Shown: positions 28,610 to 47,915, counted from the first letter of the stretch. The stretch: 64,000 bases of DNA from Octopus vulgaris (GCA_951406725.2 OX597842.1:6138001-6202000), one strand, 5' to 3'. Numbers and translations are program-made. Notes: a model not told the origin generated them from the letters alone.

Positions 28610-29432
28610 TAGGCAGATCTATAAATATATGTGCAAATAAGAATGCATTCATAAGTATGTGCACATGCATGTGGCCATGCACAAATGGCTACATGTTCTT
28701 TCACACTTGCACACACAGACACACATACATGAACAAGTGCATATTTATGCACACAGTCTAAATGTATATCTTCATGCACTCCAGGCATGTATGCAGATCT
28801 GATTGTACATGCAATACCTCAGTGGCATGGATGCAGGTGCAAATATCAGATACAGCACTCAAGCATTTCAAAACTACAAATGTGAAAATATCCAAAACTA
28901 TACAAAAATATGCAAAAATATATATGTGCAAATAGATAAATACAAAATACACAAAAAAAAAACAGGGCAAAATTTCTTCTAAGTCTATGTAAAATTGCAA
29001 CAATATAGGAAAAGCAAAATTTCAAATTCATAATAATACAATAACGTGAGTTTACAAGATTTTATGTGTATTAAATTATGTCAGCGAACAGTTGTGAAGA
29101 TTCAAAATAGAAAGATTTAAAAATCAAGAAAAATCTAGCATATAGGAACAGACAATTGCAGTGGTACCATCTGAGGAAAGAAAGAAAGAAAAAAAAAAAA
29201 AGGAATGCAAAATGTTACGAATCTACAGGGATACAAATTAATAAACAAAAATTACTGATCTGCAAAATAGATTTGTGCAAAATCACAAATTTACAGAGTC
29301 AGAGAATGGCCGGGGTTCAGAAAATTTGAGTTCAAATAATGACAAAGTTATGAATATCAATTGTTTGAGGATCAGGAAGGAGAAGCTCAGAAGGTTGACT
29401 TAAATAGATTCAGTGTTTTACTATAAAGCTAC

Positions 29433-29484
<52 letters not shown>

Positions 29485-29949
29485 TATATACATGCACACA
29501 TAGAGATATATATTTATATATAATGATATATATATATAATATACACACACATATATGTGTGATATATCTATGTATACATATGATATTTGTGTGTGTGTAT
29601 ATATATATGCATGTATGAGTATATATGTATGTGTGCATATATATATATGTGTGTGTGTGTATGTATAAGTATATGTATATGCATGTATCTTGGTCTGTCT
29701 CTATATTTATATCTATTTATCTTACATTATATCTTTGTGTATATGCTTTGTCTATGTAAATGTATAAATATGATTATTTTATATTCTTGTGTGGTTTTCT
29801 TTTTATATACACATTCACACACATTTACCTATACATACAGATATAATTAATAGCAACAAGAACCACAGTGATAGTAACACCAGTAACAATAAAAACATCA
29901 GCAACAACAATGTCATCAACAACATAGCCATTTTATCAACTGGTGTGAA

Positions 29950-31100
29950 TGTTAAGTTGTTTAATAGTAACAATGTCAAGGTGAGCTATAGTTACACCAA
30001 AAACTTGACTGGTTTTATAGTTTATTCAAAAGAAAAACTTTTTCTGCACAAACACCATAATCTTGGATTTATGTAATTACAATAATGCAAATGTCTTGTT
30101 TCATATTTATTTTGGTCATTAGACTGTGGCCTTGCTGGGGCAGTGCCTAGAAGATTTTTGGTCAACTGAATCAGCCCCAGTATTTATTCTTTCAGTATAT
30201 TTTGCCATACCACAAAGTTACAGAGATGTTGTGAAGCAGAAGTAGGAGACAAACACAAACACATAGAAACACACATATACATGACAAGTTTCTTTCAGTT
30301 TCTGTCCACCAAATTTACTCACAAAAGTTTGGTCAGTCTCGAGGTTATAGTAGAAGACACTTGCCCAAGGTGCAAGTTGGACTGAAACCAGAACCATGTA
30401 GTTGGGAAGCAAACTTCTTACTGCACAGCCATGCCTGCACCTGATATCCTTATAACACCAACAGTATGCATCTTTATAAAGCTTTAGTTTATCAAACTAA
30501 GATATTCATAAAACAAAGAGATATTCTTTTATTCTTTTATTTGTTTCAGTCATTTTGACTTGCAGCCATGCTGGAGCACCACCTTTACTTGAACAAAAAG
30601 ACCACAGGACTAATTCTTTGTAAGCCTAGTACTTATTCTATCGGTCTCTTTTGCCGAACTACTAAGTTATGGGAATGTAAACACATCAACATCGGTCATC
30701 AAGTGATGGTTAGAGGACAAACACAGATACACAAACATATACATACACACACATCTTTTCTGTCTACCAAATCCACTCACAAGACTTTGGTTGGCCTGAG
30801 GCTATAGCAGAAGACACTTACCAAAGGTGATATATAGAGCTTAGAAATTTCTTTAAGAGTAGACTCATTCAACATATGTATACATTCAGAAAAAAACAAT
30901 ACCTCACTTACATATTATCCAAATACATCCAGAAATTAAAGGATAATGCTATAACATCGATAGATCCATTACAGAACAAGCATCTCTCAACAGTTATGGT
31001 CACAGAAGAGGTAATCTCTGTCTTTCAGAGAGGTAAACATTCTATTAAAAAATTTAACAAAAGACTGATGTATCAAGATATTTATTAAAAATATCCAACT
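29950..31100 (+). mobile_element. Scattered remnants of a second Naiad-like PLE, interrupted by SINEs at about 30100-30830
   Basis: KLFNSNNVKVSYSYTKNL near 29955-30010. LSKYIQKLKDN and RRGNLCLSE near 30915-31030. Confidence 0.55.
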
Positions 31101-31422
31101 TTCAACTGGCTAAAATTCTTTATTTCTTACTCAATGCATTCTACATACGCTGAAAGGTGGTTTAATAAATTACAAAAATCATTAATTAATTCACCAACAC
31201 CTCATTAAAGATGGTTGCCTTCCAAGATTGAGTATCTTTTATCTTTTACTTGTTTCAGTCATTAGAACTGTGGCCATTGTTGGGGCACTACATGAAGAAG
31301 TTCTAGTTAAATCAATCAATCCTAGACCATTTTTTAAGCCTGGTACTTCTTCTATTGGTCTCTTTTGCCCCCCAAAAAAATTTTGGTGATGTAAACACAA
31401 ATACAAAGATACCTGCACACAG

Positions 31423-31490
<68 letters not shown>

Positions 31491-31494
31491 ATAA

Positions 31495-31613
<119 letters not shown>

Positions 31614-31786
31614 CGTTAGGAAGGGCATCCAGCTGTAGAAACATTGCCAGATTAGACTGGAGCCTGGTGCAGCCTTCTGGCTTCCCAGAACCCCGGTCGA
31701 ACCGTCCAACCCATGCTAGCATGGAGAACGGACGTTAAACGACGATGATGATGATGTATATATATATATATATGTATATATATGTA

Positions 31787-31829
<43 letters not shown>

Positions 31830-31870
31830 GTATATATGTGTATATATATATATATATGTATATATATGTA

Positions 31871-31911
<41 letters not shown>

Positions 31912-32144
31912 GTATATATGTGTATATATATATATATGTATATATATATGTATATATATATATGTATATATATATATATGTATATATATATATGTATATA
32001 TATATGTATATATATATATGTATATATATATATGTATATATATATATGTATATATATATGTATATATATATATATGTATATATATATATGTATATATATA
32101 TGTATATATATATATATGTATATATATATATGTATATATATGTA

Positions 32145-32746
32145 TACTTTGATACTTTGATACTTTGATAGGTTTCGGCCATTATTGGCCCAGGCCATGT
32201 CTAACTTAATAGCACCACCTGGTGAAGTCTTTCAAGTCAGAATTTGGGCACTATGGCCCACTCAAGTAGAGAGTTATTGTTTACAGAGACATATCCGGGT
32301 GTAGGGGGTTTATCCGGGATTTCTTGAAGGAATCTGTCCAAAGACTTCTTGAACCCTATAGGGTCAGTTTCTGTTTTAATGTGTTTTGGTGTAATGTTAA
32401 AGAGAGCGGGGCCAATTGAGGTGAAATAATTGTGCCGTATTGTTGTTATGAGATGAGAGTGCGATTTTTGTTTTGGGCGGATGGCACGGGGCCCAAGCCT
32501 TGGATGTACCTTAAAGGTGATGCCAACATCATTTGGGCAATGCTGATGGAATATTTTCCACATCATGCAGATGATGTAGCGCTCATGACGACGTTGGAGA
32601 GAATAGAGTTTTAGCTTTTCTAGTCGACCCCAATAGTCGAGGCCTGTCATGCCATCTATCTTTTTTGTGATTGCCCTTTGAGGTGCTTCAACTTTTATGA
32701 TACCTTGTATTGTGTGGGGAGACCACAGTGGACAACAGTATTCAAA
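32145..32746 (-). mobile_element. CR1-group LINE 3' end with (TATCAAAG)n tail, inside (TA)n
   Basis: [41 protein letters not shown], with an 8-bp tandem tail at 32145-32170. Confidence 0.85.
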
Positions 32747-32812
32747 TGTATATATATATATATGTATATATATGTATATATGTGTATATATGTATATATA
32801 TGTATATATGTG

Positions 32813-32843
<31 letters not shown>

Positions 32844-32898
32844 GTATATATATATATGTATATATATGTATATATATATATATGTGTATATATATGTA

Positions 32899-32941
<43 letters not shown>

Positions 32942-32946
32942 GTATA

Positions 32947-33019
<73 letters not shown>

Positions 33020-33032
33020 GTATATTTATATA

Positions 33033-33079
<47 letters not shown>

Positions 33080-33126
33080 GTATATATATATATGTATATA
33101 TGTATATATATATATGTATATATATG

Positions 33127-33190
<64 letters not shown>

Positions 33191-33199
33191 ATGTATATG

Positions 33200-33229
<30 letters not shown>

Positions 33230-33230
<1 letters not shown>

Positions 33231-34842
33231 CATCATCATCATCATCATCATCGTTTAACGTCCGCTTTCCGCGCTAGCACGGGTTGGACGGTTTGACCGG
33301 GTCTGGGAAGCCAGGGGCCGCACCAGGCTCCAGTCTGAATCTGGCAGAGTTTCTACGGCTGGATGCCCTTCCTAACGCCAACCACTCCGTGAGTGGATTG
33401 GGTGCTTTTTACGTGCCACCTGCACAGGGGCCGGAGGGTCCGGCATCGTCACGATCGGTTCGAGCATTTTAACGTGTCAGCGGCACGGGGGCAACGAGGT
33501 CCGGGGTACTTTGGGGATCCAGGGTACTTTGGGGATCCGGGGTACTTAGAATGAGTAGGGGGTATGTGGAATTGCTGCAGAAAGCAGCCCGGGTCTTTGT
33601 AGTCACAGCATTTATCGTCACTGAGTAACGTAATTAGGTAGAGGAAAGAAATACAGATATTCTAGAGTTGAGTTGGGGAGGGGGAGGTCCAGTTGAGGCG
33701 GGTAATATAGGAGAGCAACCAGTGGGGAAGGTTGGGGTAAGGAGGAACGATGGCAGGAAGGGTTGGTGTAGGTTCCTAAGAAATAAAGACATTCGTTATC
33801 GTCACTGAGTAACGTTATTAGGTAGAGGAAAGAATACAGATATTCTAGAGTTGAGTTGGGGAGGGGGGGTCCAGTTGAGGTGGGTAATATAGGGGAGCAA
33901 CCAGTGGGGAAGGTTGGGGTAAGGAGGAACGATGGCAGGAAGGGTTGTTGTAGGTTCCTAAGAAATAAAAACGTAGGATATTACGAGGCGGGAGGGTGCT
34001 AAAGGGGGATAGTCGGAATGAGGCAGTGTCAGGAGGAAGCGTAAGATCGGTGGGCAGTTGATGAGCTATGGCGCTAGCAGCTTGTCTTTTCACAGTGAAA
34101 GCATATGAGGAGAAGGGGTAGTGGGGGGAGGAGGAGGGAGTAGGGCGTACCCGGTGTAGATGAGTAAGGCGTATCCGGTGTAGATGGTGAGGACAGGGTA
34201 TACTGGTATTGGTGGTGGGGGGGTGAGGAACAGTGTTCACCGGTATTGGTGGTGTTGGCGGTGAGAACAGTGTTCACCGGTATTGGTGGTGGGGGTGAGA
34301 ACAGTGTTCATCGGTATTGGTGGTGGGGGTGGGGGGGCGGCGCACCGCCAATGGCTGAAAGATGGGAAGAGATGGGATTACGGCTTGAGGTAGCCTAGCC
34401 TAAGGTTAAATTTTGTAGAGAGAGAGATAGAAAGATAAATCAAGTTATGGCGAAGGCTTGAAAGTAGCCTTAAAAGGTTAAATTTTCGTAACAATGTATG
34501 AATAAACGTAGTAACAACGAATAGAAATATTAAGATAAATTTTTAAGAACTTGCTGCGGACATCGATCGGGAGTTGAAATTGAAGAAGAAAGTAAGTTGA
34601 ATTGGGAATTTAAATTGTAGAATCGTAATGGTAAGAGGAGGAAAAAAAGACCGCCAATGGCTGAAAGATGGGAAGAGATGGGATTACGGCTTGAGGTAGC
34701 CTAGCCTAAGGTTAAATTTTGTAGAGAGAGAGATAGAAAGATAAATCAAGTTATGGCGAAGGCTTGAAAGTAGCCTTAAAAGGTTAAATTTTCGTAACAA
34801 TGTATGAATAAACGTAGTAACAACGAATAGAAATATTAAGAT
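33230..34842 (-). mobile_element. RTE-tailed non-coding element with an internal 184-bp duplication and 306-bp 5' tandem units
   Basis: (CAT)n tail at 33230. Duplications start at 33612/33796 and 34344/34650. Confidence 0.7.
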
Positions 34843-37061
<2,219 letters not shown>

Positions 37062-37377
37062 TCTTCTTTCAGTTTCCATCTAGCAAGTCCATTCACAAGG
37101 CTTTGGTTGGCCCGAGGCTGTAGCAGAATACATTTGCCCAAGGCGCTTATGCAGTGGGACTGAACTTGGAGCCATATGGCTGGAAAGCAAACTTCTTACC
37201 ACACTAACCATTCTTCTATCTTATATTTGTGTACATAATGTATATATAGGTGCAGGCATGGCTATGTGGTAAGAAGTTTGCTTCCCAACCACATGGTTCT
37301 AGGTTCAGTTCCACTGTGTGACACCTTGGGCAACTGTCTTCTACGAAAGATGAAGACAGGTGTAGGTATACATACAT

Positions 37378-37416
<39 letters not shown>

Positions 37417-37567
37417 AGAGTATAATTGTGAATAAATCACAATTATAATGGAGAGGGTTGTAAAAGCCCTTACATGTCTAGAAATAGCAGTCAAAACCAC
37501 TGATATTTGTAAATAATTTTGAATTGTTTACGATATATCCTTCAAAATGCATTTTTACATTCCTCTT

Positions 37568-37600
<33 letters not shown>

Positions 37601-38231
37601 CATATATGTGTGTCTGTGTCTTTGTCCCCCAATACCACTTGACAACTGGTGCTGTTGTGTTTATATCCCCATAACGTAGCAGTTAAGCAAAAGAGACCAA
37701 CAGAATAAGCACCAGGCTTGACAAAAATTAGATACTGGGATCAATTCATTCATCTAAAACTTTATTCTTCAAGGCAGTGCCCCAGCATGGCCACAGTGTA
37801 ATGACTGAAAGAAGTAAAAGATAAACACACACACAAACTCAGGCTCATGCACACATATGTATATGCACAGCCATGGCTGTGTGGTTAAGAATTTTGCTTT
37901 GAAACTCCTTGATCTTAAGTTAAGTCCCACTGCACAGTAATCAAATTCATTTGAAAATATATACTCTATGCAATGGTTTCACCAGTTCAAATATTCTTGT
38001 GGCACATTCAGACTTGTAAACAAGCCATTCACTGCATTTTGTCATGTAGAAAACTTCTCACTGTAGACAAACTGGTGTAAATATACCTAAAACAACTCGC
38101 AACACCACCAATCCAGACTGTGAGATGCATGCATTTCAGAGTGGTTATTTCCTCTTCAGTCACAGAAATCAGACAGTGACGCTGAGAGCTGATAAGAGTG
38201 ACAATCTCTCTTGTATTATTCCAGTCAACAT

Positions 38232-38645
38232 AGGCATAGGAGTGGCTGTGTGGTAAGTAGCTTGCTTACCAATCACATGGTTCTGGGTTCAGTCCCACTG
38301 CGTGGCACCTTGGGCAAGTGTCTTCTACTATAGCCTCGGGCCGACCAAAGCCTTGTGAGTGGATTTGGTAGATGGAAACTGAAAGAAGCCTGTCATATAT
38401 ATGTAAATATATATATGTATGTATGTGTGTATATATGTTTGTGTGTCTGTGTTTGTACCCCCCAACATCGCTTAACAACCAATGCTGGTGTGTTACATCC
38501 CCGTAACTTAGCAGTTCGGCAAAAGAGACCAATAGAATAAGTACTAGGCTTACAAAGAATAAGTCTTGGGTTGATTTGCTTGACTAAAAGCAGTGCTCCA
38601 GCATGGCTACAGTCAAATGACTGAAACTAGTAAAAGAGTAAAGAG
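38232..38645 (+). mobile_element. SINE family A, full length
   Basis: Colinear with 7551-7958. Confidence 0.9.
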
Positions 38646-38683
38646 TATATATCAGCTGGTAGTGCAAAGCTCATCATAATTAA

Positions 38684-38927
38684 ATTATGGGATGGGAGCG
38701 CTAAGCAGTGATGACTATAAATACAATGGTATTACCAGTTCAAATATGCCACTGGCACTGTGAGCTGATTTAAGTGTATTTACACTATTTGTCAACAGCA
38801 AGAATGTTTCTCCGTGGCAAAACACAGCGAATGGATTGTTCACAAGTCTGGATGTGTCACTGGCATATTGAACTGGTAATAACATTGCATTTATATTCAT
38901 CCCTGCTTAGTGTTCCCACTCCATAAT
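38684..38927. repeat. Fold-back, arms about 75 bp; related partial inverted copy at about 37968-38098
   Basis: ctaagcagtgatgactataaatacaatg..ccagttcaa is mirrored by ttgaactgg..cattgcatttatattcatccctgcttag. Confidence 0.75.
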
Positions 38928-39677
38928 ATACTGTATGTATTCATTGAGAAGAGCACAGGTTTGGTGTAGTGTAAAATACTAATAGCCGGAACAGAAAAGA
39001 AACATTATCAAACAGCAATTAGTGAGTTTGCAAATAGGTTTTATAAGTATGACTCTTCCAAAATATATCTACACACACACACACACACACATACATACAT
39101 ATATAATCAAGAGATGAGATCCAGAGATTCTCAGTTTAGAAAATATTTAGCAGCGCTCAGATGATTTGACTCTGATGTCTTTATGAGAGACCAATTCCAT
39201 GGGATAAAGAGAGGCTATAAAATAAATGCAGGTGAGCAGATATGGAGGCAAATATACAGATTAACAAATAATAAGCATAACACCTTGGGTTTTGATATAC
39301 AAAATATGCAACCAGAAAGAAAGCAAAGACTGAAGATTTTCAGATGATGAATATTTAAATATCAGGTCATCTCATAAGTTCTGTCAGATTTTACCTTTTT
39401 TAAAATTGAATGAAATTTAATAGTATTTTAGAATGTTTATATGAGATGGACTTCTGTTAGAAACCTGTGAAACTACACTAAATAATAAATAAGAGGAACA
39501 AATGACGCAAGGCGGGGTAAAAGGCAACATGGTGCCAAAATATGTGAAGCTTACAAAAGAAATGCAAAAATGTGTATAGCATGGCAAAAATAAGTTACGG
39601 GGATGTAAACACACCAACCTTGTCACACAAAACTGAATCAAACTGTTTTAAATAATACATACAAATATACATATATA

Positions 39678-39962
39678 GAGAAGTGGTATCAAAAAGTTCC
39701 CAGACTAGTTCTGCAGCGTGCCAACAAATGGCAGCACATGGTTTGTGTGTACAGTGAGAACTAGGAGTGACCTTCATGAGGCAGTGTGCCAAGTGACATC
39801 CTCATGTCTACTTTGCAAGTTGTGAAATCTGTGTTTTTGTAATCACATGTTTACTATAGTCTGCGACTTTTGTCATGGACAGGAACAAAGAGCCAACATG
39901 AAATTTTTCATTGAACTCGAGAAGTCAGCTACAGAGACAATCAGCAAATTTACAGCATCAAG
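39678..39962 (+). mobile_element. Mariner 5' end remnant
   Basis: TIR-like gaagtggtatcaaaaagttcc and EQRANMKFFIELEKSATETI (mariner N-terminal HTH). Confidence 0.7.
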
Positions 39963-39984
39963 GCAATGGGAGCTAGAGCAAAAA

Positions 39985-40622
39985 GTCTTCCTGCTGTCAT
40001 GGTTTTCATTGACTTTAGGAAGGCCTTTGATTCTGTGAACTGTTACTGCCTGATGAAGATCTTACAGGCTTATGGAATCCCCAAGAAAATACTGGACCTG
40101 ATATCACTGCTCTACACCAACACCAGAGCCCAAGTCATTACACCTGTTGAGATGATGGAGTTCTTTGAGATACTGGCGGGAGTGCTTCAGGGAGATACAT
40201 TGTTTCCCTACCATTTTATCATCATGGTGAACTATTGCATGCGCCTTGTATTGGAGAAACTCAGGGCAGGAGGGTTAAGGCTAAAAAGATATCAGATGAT
40301 GAATTTGCTGATGACATAGTTCTGGTGACAAACACAGCGAGGAAGGCAGAGGAGTTGATGCAGGAGGTGGACTGTGTTGATGAGCGTGAGGCTGAAGATG
40401 AATGAAATTAAGAAAATATATCTGGTAGAGAAGATTAAGAAGCAAGAGAAGATTATGAATGTAAGCAGGAAGCTACTAGAGTTGGTTGAGGACTTCCTGT
40501 ATCTGGTAGCAAAGATTGGGAACACAGAGGATGATATAGTTGAAAGAAAGAGCAAAGCTTGGGTGGCATGTCATAGTTTAAGATCTGTATGGAAGTTGGA
40601 CCTTCGTAAAGACCTGAAGATC
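39985..40622 (+). mobile_element. Degraded RTE-clade reverse transcriptase fragment
   Basis: VFIDFRKAFDSV..AYGIP..GVLQGDTL..FADD..VEDFLYL..AWVACHSLRSVW, with frameshifts. Confidence 0.85.
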
Positions 40623-40674
40623 TGTATATGTATATATGTATATTATTATCATCATCATATATATATATATATAT

Positions 40675-41160
40675 ATCATCATCATCATCGTTTAACATCC
40701 GTTTTCCGCGCTAGCACGGGTTGGACGGTTTCGACCGGGGTCTGGGGAGCTCGGGACTGCCCCAGGCTCCAGTCTAGTCTAGCAGTGTTTCTACAGCTGG
40801 ATGCCCTTCCTAACGCCAACCACTCCGCGAGTGTAGTGGGTGTTTTTTACGTGCCACCTGCACAGGTGCCAGAGGGGTCTGGCATCGGCCACGTTCGGAT
40901 GGTGCTTTTTATGTGGGGGGTGCAGAAATATAGGGAAGCACCAGTGGGGAGGGGTGGTTCAGAGAAATGATGACAGGTTCTAGGCAAGTAGAACGTAGGA
41001 TATCGAGAGAGGGGTAATGCATGGTGAAATAGCGTATTGAAGAGGGGGGTCGAAGAGTAGACACCTATAATGGTGGTGGGAGAAGCGACATCCGGTATAG
41101 ATGGAGCAAAAATATAGATATCCAGTATTGGTGGTGGTGGTGGGTAGGGCGGGTGCACCG
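40675..41160 (-). mobile_element. RTE-tailed non-coding element, near-identical to 22735-23262
   Basis: Direct comparison. Confidence 0.8.
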
Positions 41161-41328
41161 CGAAGATACGAATGTTGATTAATACGAGGTGAAATGATAT
41201 GAAATGAATAAGATTAGATAAGATAGACAGATAGAGAAATTTGATAAAATTATGAATGGTCAGTAAAGAGTTGAAAATAGCAATTCAAAACACCTATCTT
41301 GTTCGCAATCGGAAATTCACAGCTTGTA

Positions 41329-41386
<58 letters not shown>

Positions 41387-41596
41387 TACATGTGAATTAG
41401 AGAGAAAAGGCTTCAAGATGGCGTGAAGATACGAATGTTGATTAATACGAGGAGAAATAAGATTAGATAAGATAGACAGATAGAGAAATTTGATAAAATT
41501 ATGAATGGTCAAAGATAGACAGAGAAATTTGATAAAATTATGAATGGTCAGTAAAGAGTTGAAAATAGCAATTGAATCGGAAATTCACAGCTTGTA

Positions 41597-41650
<54 letters not shown>

Positions 41651-41880
41651 TACATGTGAATTAGAGAGAAAAGGCTTCAAGATGGCGTGAAGATACGAAT
41701 GTTGATTAATACGAGGAGAAATAAGATTAGATAAGATAGACAGATAGAGAAATTTGATAAAATTATGAATGGTCAAAGATAGACAGAGAAATTTGATAAA
41801 ATTATGAATGGTCAGTAAAGAGTTGAAAATAGCAATTCAAAACACCTATCTTGTTCGCAATCGGAAATTCACAGCTTGTA

Positions 41881-41930
<50 letters not shown>

Positions 41931-42160
41931 TACATGTGAATTAGAGAGAAAAGGCTTCAAGATGGCGTGAAGATACGAATGTTGATTAATACGAGGAGAA
42001 ATAAGATTAGATAAGATAGACAGATAGAGAAATTTGATAAAATTATGAATGGTCAAAGATAGACAGAGAAATTTGATAAAATTATGAATGGTCAGTAAAG
42101 AGTTGAAAATAGCAATTCAAAACACCTATCTTGTTCGCAATCGGAAATTCACAGCTTGTA

Positions 42161-42194
<34 letters not shown>

Positions 42195-42373
42195 TACATG
42201 TGAATTAGAGAGAAAAGGCTTCAAGATGGCGCGAAGATACGAATGTTGATTAATACGAGGAGAAATGATATGAAATGAATAAGATTAGATAAGATAGACA
42301 GATAGAGAAATTTGATAAAATTATGAATGGTCAAAGATAGACAGAGAAATTTGATAAAATTATGAATGGTCAG

Positions 42374-42374
<1 letters not shown>
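41161..42374. repeat. Tandem array of about 4.5 units of 263-280 bp with (GA)n and CAAGATGGCG
   Basis: gaagatacgaatg recurs at 41162, 41425, 41689, 41969 and 42233. Confidence 0.92.
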
Positions 42375-42411
<37 letters not shown>

Positions 42412-43334
42412 CGACTCTACGATATTCTAAAGAATTCAAGCAAATATTAAAATTAGATCATCCAATAAATAAATACGATGTTTATGAAAATTGCAACTAA
42501 AATCTTACACAATTCTGAAAAAAATCCAATCTGGAATCTCTATTTTGAAAACTCTTGCTCCATTTAAGATGTCTGCTCTTTAATTCTCTGAACATAAGTG
42601 GCTGAATTATCAGCCACAATGTTTTGAAGTGCTCACAATATGAGCAGCAGATCTAACAACTGCTGTCCTTGTTTATAAACAAATCGCCTAGCAACCTTCT
42701 GACCAATCAAAGACCTTGATTCATATGACCTATGGCTCTTATAAGGGGAAGTAAGCTTGTGGATTTGGGTGAAATTTTTCCCCCATGTTTTGCAGATTTA
42801 AATCACCAAAAAAAAAAAAAAAAAAAAAAAGTCTGGAGAAAACTATCAGCTGATCAGGCAATAGATCGAATATTAGACTTCAATAAGGAGCGAACCGTTA
42901 GTAAGAGAGCGATTTGGAAAGCGAAAATGGTTCTGCACCAATTGATAAGAGTTTGCATAGCATTGCAGTCACTAATGGTTTAGATGATGATGATGCACAA
43001 AATGTCACAATAACAGCACTGGCCCTAGCCATTCATTTGTGTTACCAAGTCACAAAACAAAGATCTACAGGTACAAACATTTTGGGGGAAAAATTTTTGA
43101 GCATGTATGAGGAGAGGAATTTTGCCCAAGAACCCATTGTAGAGTTTTTGAACAAATATCTAGATCAGCAGCTAAAAGGTTAAGAATTAGCTGAACCGAA
43201 CTTCTCAGTCGGTGACCTATTTTTGGTAAGCTTTATTCTCTAGAACAAAATATTGATTACCTTCATAAACACGTATGGTTATGGAACCTCATTCCTTTCT
43301 CAAGAGCATCAACTATATATAAGTGAAATAAACT

Positions 43335-43654
43335 AGTGCCAGTGGCACGTAAAAAGCACCATCCGAATCGTGGCCAATGCCAGTGCCGCCTCGACTGGCT
43401 TCCGTGACGGTGGCACGTAAAATGCACCAATCCGACCGTGGCCGTTGCCAGCCTCGCCTGGCACCAGTGCAGGTGGCACGTAAAAAGCACCCACTACACT
43501 CACAGAGTGGTTGGTGTTAGGAAGGGCATCCAGCTGTAGAAACATTGCCAGATAAGACTGGAGCCTGGTGCAGCCTTCTGGCTTCCCAGATCCCCGGTCG
43601 AACCGTCCAACCCATGCTAGCATGGAGAACGGACGTTAAACGATGATGATGATG
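43335..43654 (+). mobile_element. RTE-LINE 3' UTR fragment (others at about 11592, 23690, 31610, 53290, 55250, 57706 and 63085)
   Basis: ggaagggcatccagctgtagaaac..cccatgctagcatgg..gttaaacgatgatgat. Confidence 0.85.
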
Positions 43655-43993
43655 AATGAAGTTTAGAATGACAACAAATATACAGGTATGAGCAAGTAGA
43701 TTGCTTACAGTTTATACTCCAAGAAAATGAATTAGCTAATGTACACACACCACTGACTCTCTGAAACACCAGATTGAAAGTCAAGCTATTTGCAGTGATA
43801 ATTTAATATGCTTAAAGTGCAAGATTTGTTCCTTTGGTAAAAGGTAGCTGAAAAGTTTCTAACCACTTGTCTGTGTATCTAGATATCAACTATAATACAA
43901 TCACAAAATGAAAAAAAATTTCCAAAAATAATGAGCATAAGACCAAATTAAAAAAATTATAATTACTGTACAAAAACAATTTATATTTTATAG

Positions 43994-44665
43994 CAAATAA
44001 GAAAATGGAGGAGAACAATAGGTGGTTCATCAACTTTTGGACATTATATTATGTTAACTTATTTATTTATTAAACTGATAATTATAATAACATACATACA
44101 TATAGCATATATTCTTTGCATATAAGATAAGGATACCAGTAATTATTAAAAAACATGAATATAAATTGATAAAATAACTTACAGCTGTTTCAGCCTATAG
44201 ATAAAAGTACTTCATTCTGCCTATATTAATCAAGTGGATTGAGGTAATAGACAGATGAAAATGAGGTACATGTATATATCTCTAGGCTTTGTCAGAGATT
44301 ATGAAGTACAAAAGTTAAGTTATGATAATAAATATAAATATAAAATAAACAAAATACACACACATTTGAATATATATACATAGATAGATAGATAGATATA
44401 AATATACATACATATATGGTTATGCATAATTAATTATATATACTGAAATATACATACACATCTACATCCATAAGCACATATAATATTCAGTTTACCAATT
44501 TATATTCATGTTTTTAATAATTACTGGTATCCTTATCTTATATGCAAAGAATATATGCTATATGTATGTATATTATTATAATTATCAGTTTAATAAATAA
44601 ATAAGTTAACACATTTAATGTCCAAAAGTTGATGAACCACCTATTGTTCTCCATTTTCTTATTTG
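43994..44665. mobile_element. Fold-back element (about 180-bp arms) with an HHR in the loop
   Basis: Arms 43994-44173 and 44491-44665. Minus HHR 44174-44302: ataatct CTGACAA AGCCTA..TAGGCT GAAAC AGCT GTA agttat. Confidence 0.8.
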
Positions 44666-44840
44666 TAATATAAATTAATGGTAAAATATCTCTTTACATT
44701 CACTCATTTAATATACTAGGTAATATAATTGCAATGCAATAAAAAACACTTGTGCATTAATAATTGGGTATTCTACCAACAGTATATTGGATAGATATTA
44801 TCCCTGTGGGTTGGATTCACAACCCCTAACTTTCTTGTAG

Positions 44841-45353
<513 letters not shown>

Positions 45354-45354
45354 T

Positions 45355-46986
<1,632 letters not shown>

Positions 46987-47045
46987 GTAAAAAATGAAGT
47001 TCGAAAATGCTGCTGTATTATACAATTTTTAATTTTTATATATAC

Positions 47046-47089
47046 ATTATGACATGTTTCAGTTCCTGAAATGAACCTTATCAAAAAAA
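47046..47089 (-). ncRNA. Degraded hammerhead motif
   Basis: Minus strand TTGATAA GGTTC atttcag GAACT GAAAC AT GTC, with two core transitions. Confidence 0.5.
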
Positions 47090-47415
47090 GTTATATATAA
47101 AAAAAGACAGCTCATGCCGTCAAACACAAGAAATTCATTTATAATACACAACGGAGTCAGACATCTTAGAGTTCATGTATAGTTGATATATAGTTTGAAG
47201 TATATGTTCAAAGTGTTCGATGCAGTGGCCCACGGTGGCGATACGTATTCAATACAAAAAACAGATCAAAGTGGTGGAAAGCGGTCAATACAGAAGATTG
47301 ATGTTTCCGAAAGAGCGAGGAATTCATTTTTACCTTAAGCAATTGTGATGACCCATGGTGGAAGTTCGCTATATATATATAGACATATATATATATAGAC
47401 ATATATATATATATA

Positions 47416-47516
<101 letters not shown>

Positions 47517-47569
47517 CATATTATATATATATATAGACATATATATATATATAGACATATATATATATA

Positions 47570-47627
<58 letters not shown>

Positions 47628-47661
47628 TATATATATATATAGACATATATATATATATATA

Positions 47662-47915
<254 letters not shown>

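Noticed and set aside
42700-43260. piggyBac-like transposase N-terminus (RKLSADQAIDRILDF)
   Set aside because: No catalytic motifs or clear TTAA-bounded termini; too weak to call.
43709-43760. Small minus-strand exon (tttcag...gtaagc)
   Set aside because: Splice-like signals only; such pairs arise by chance.
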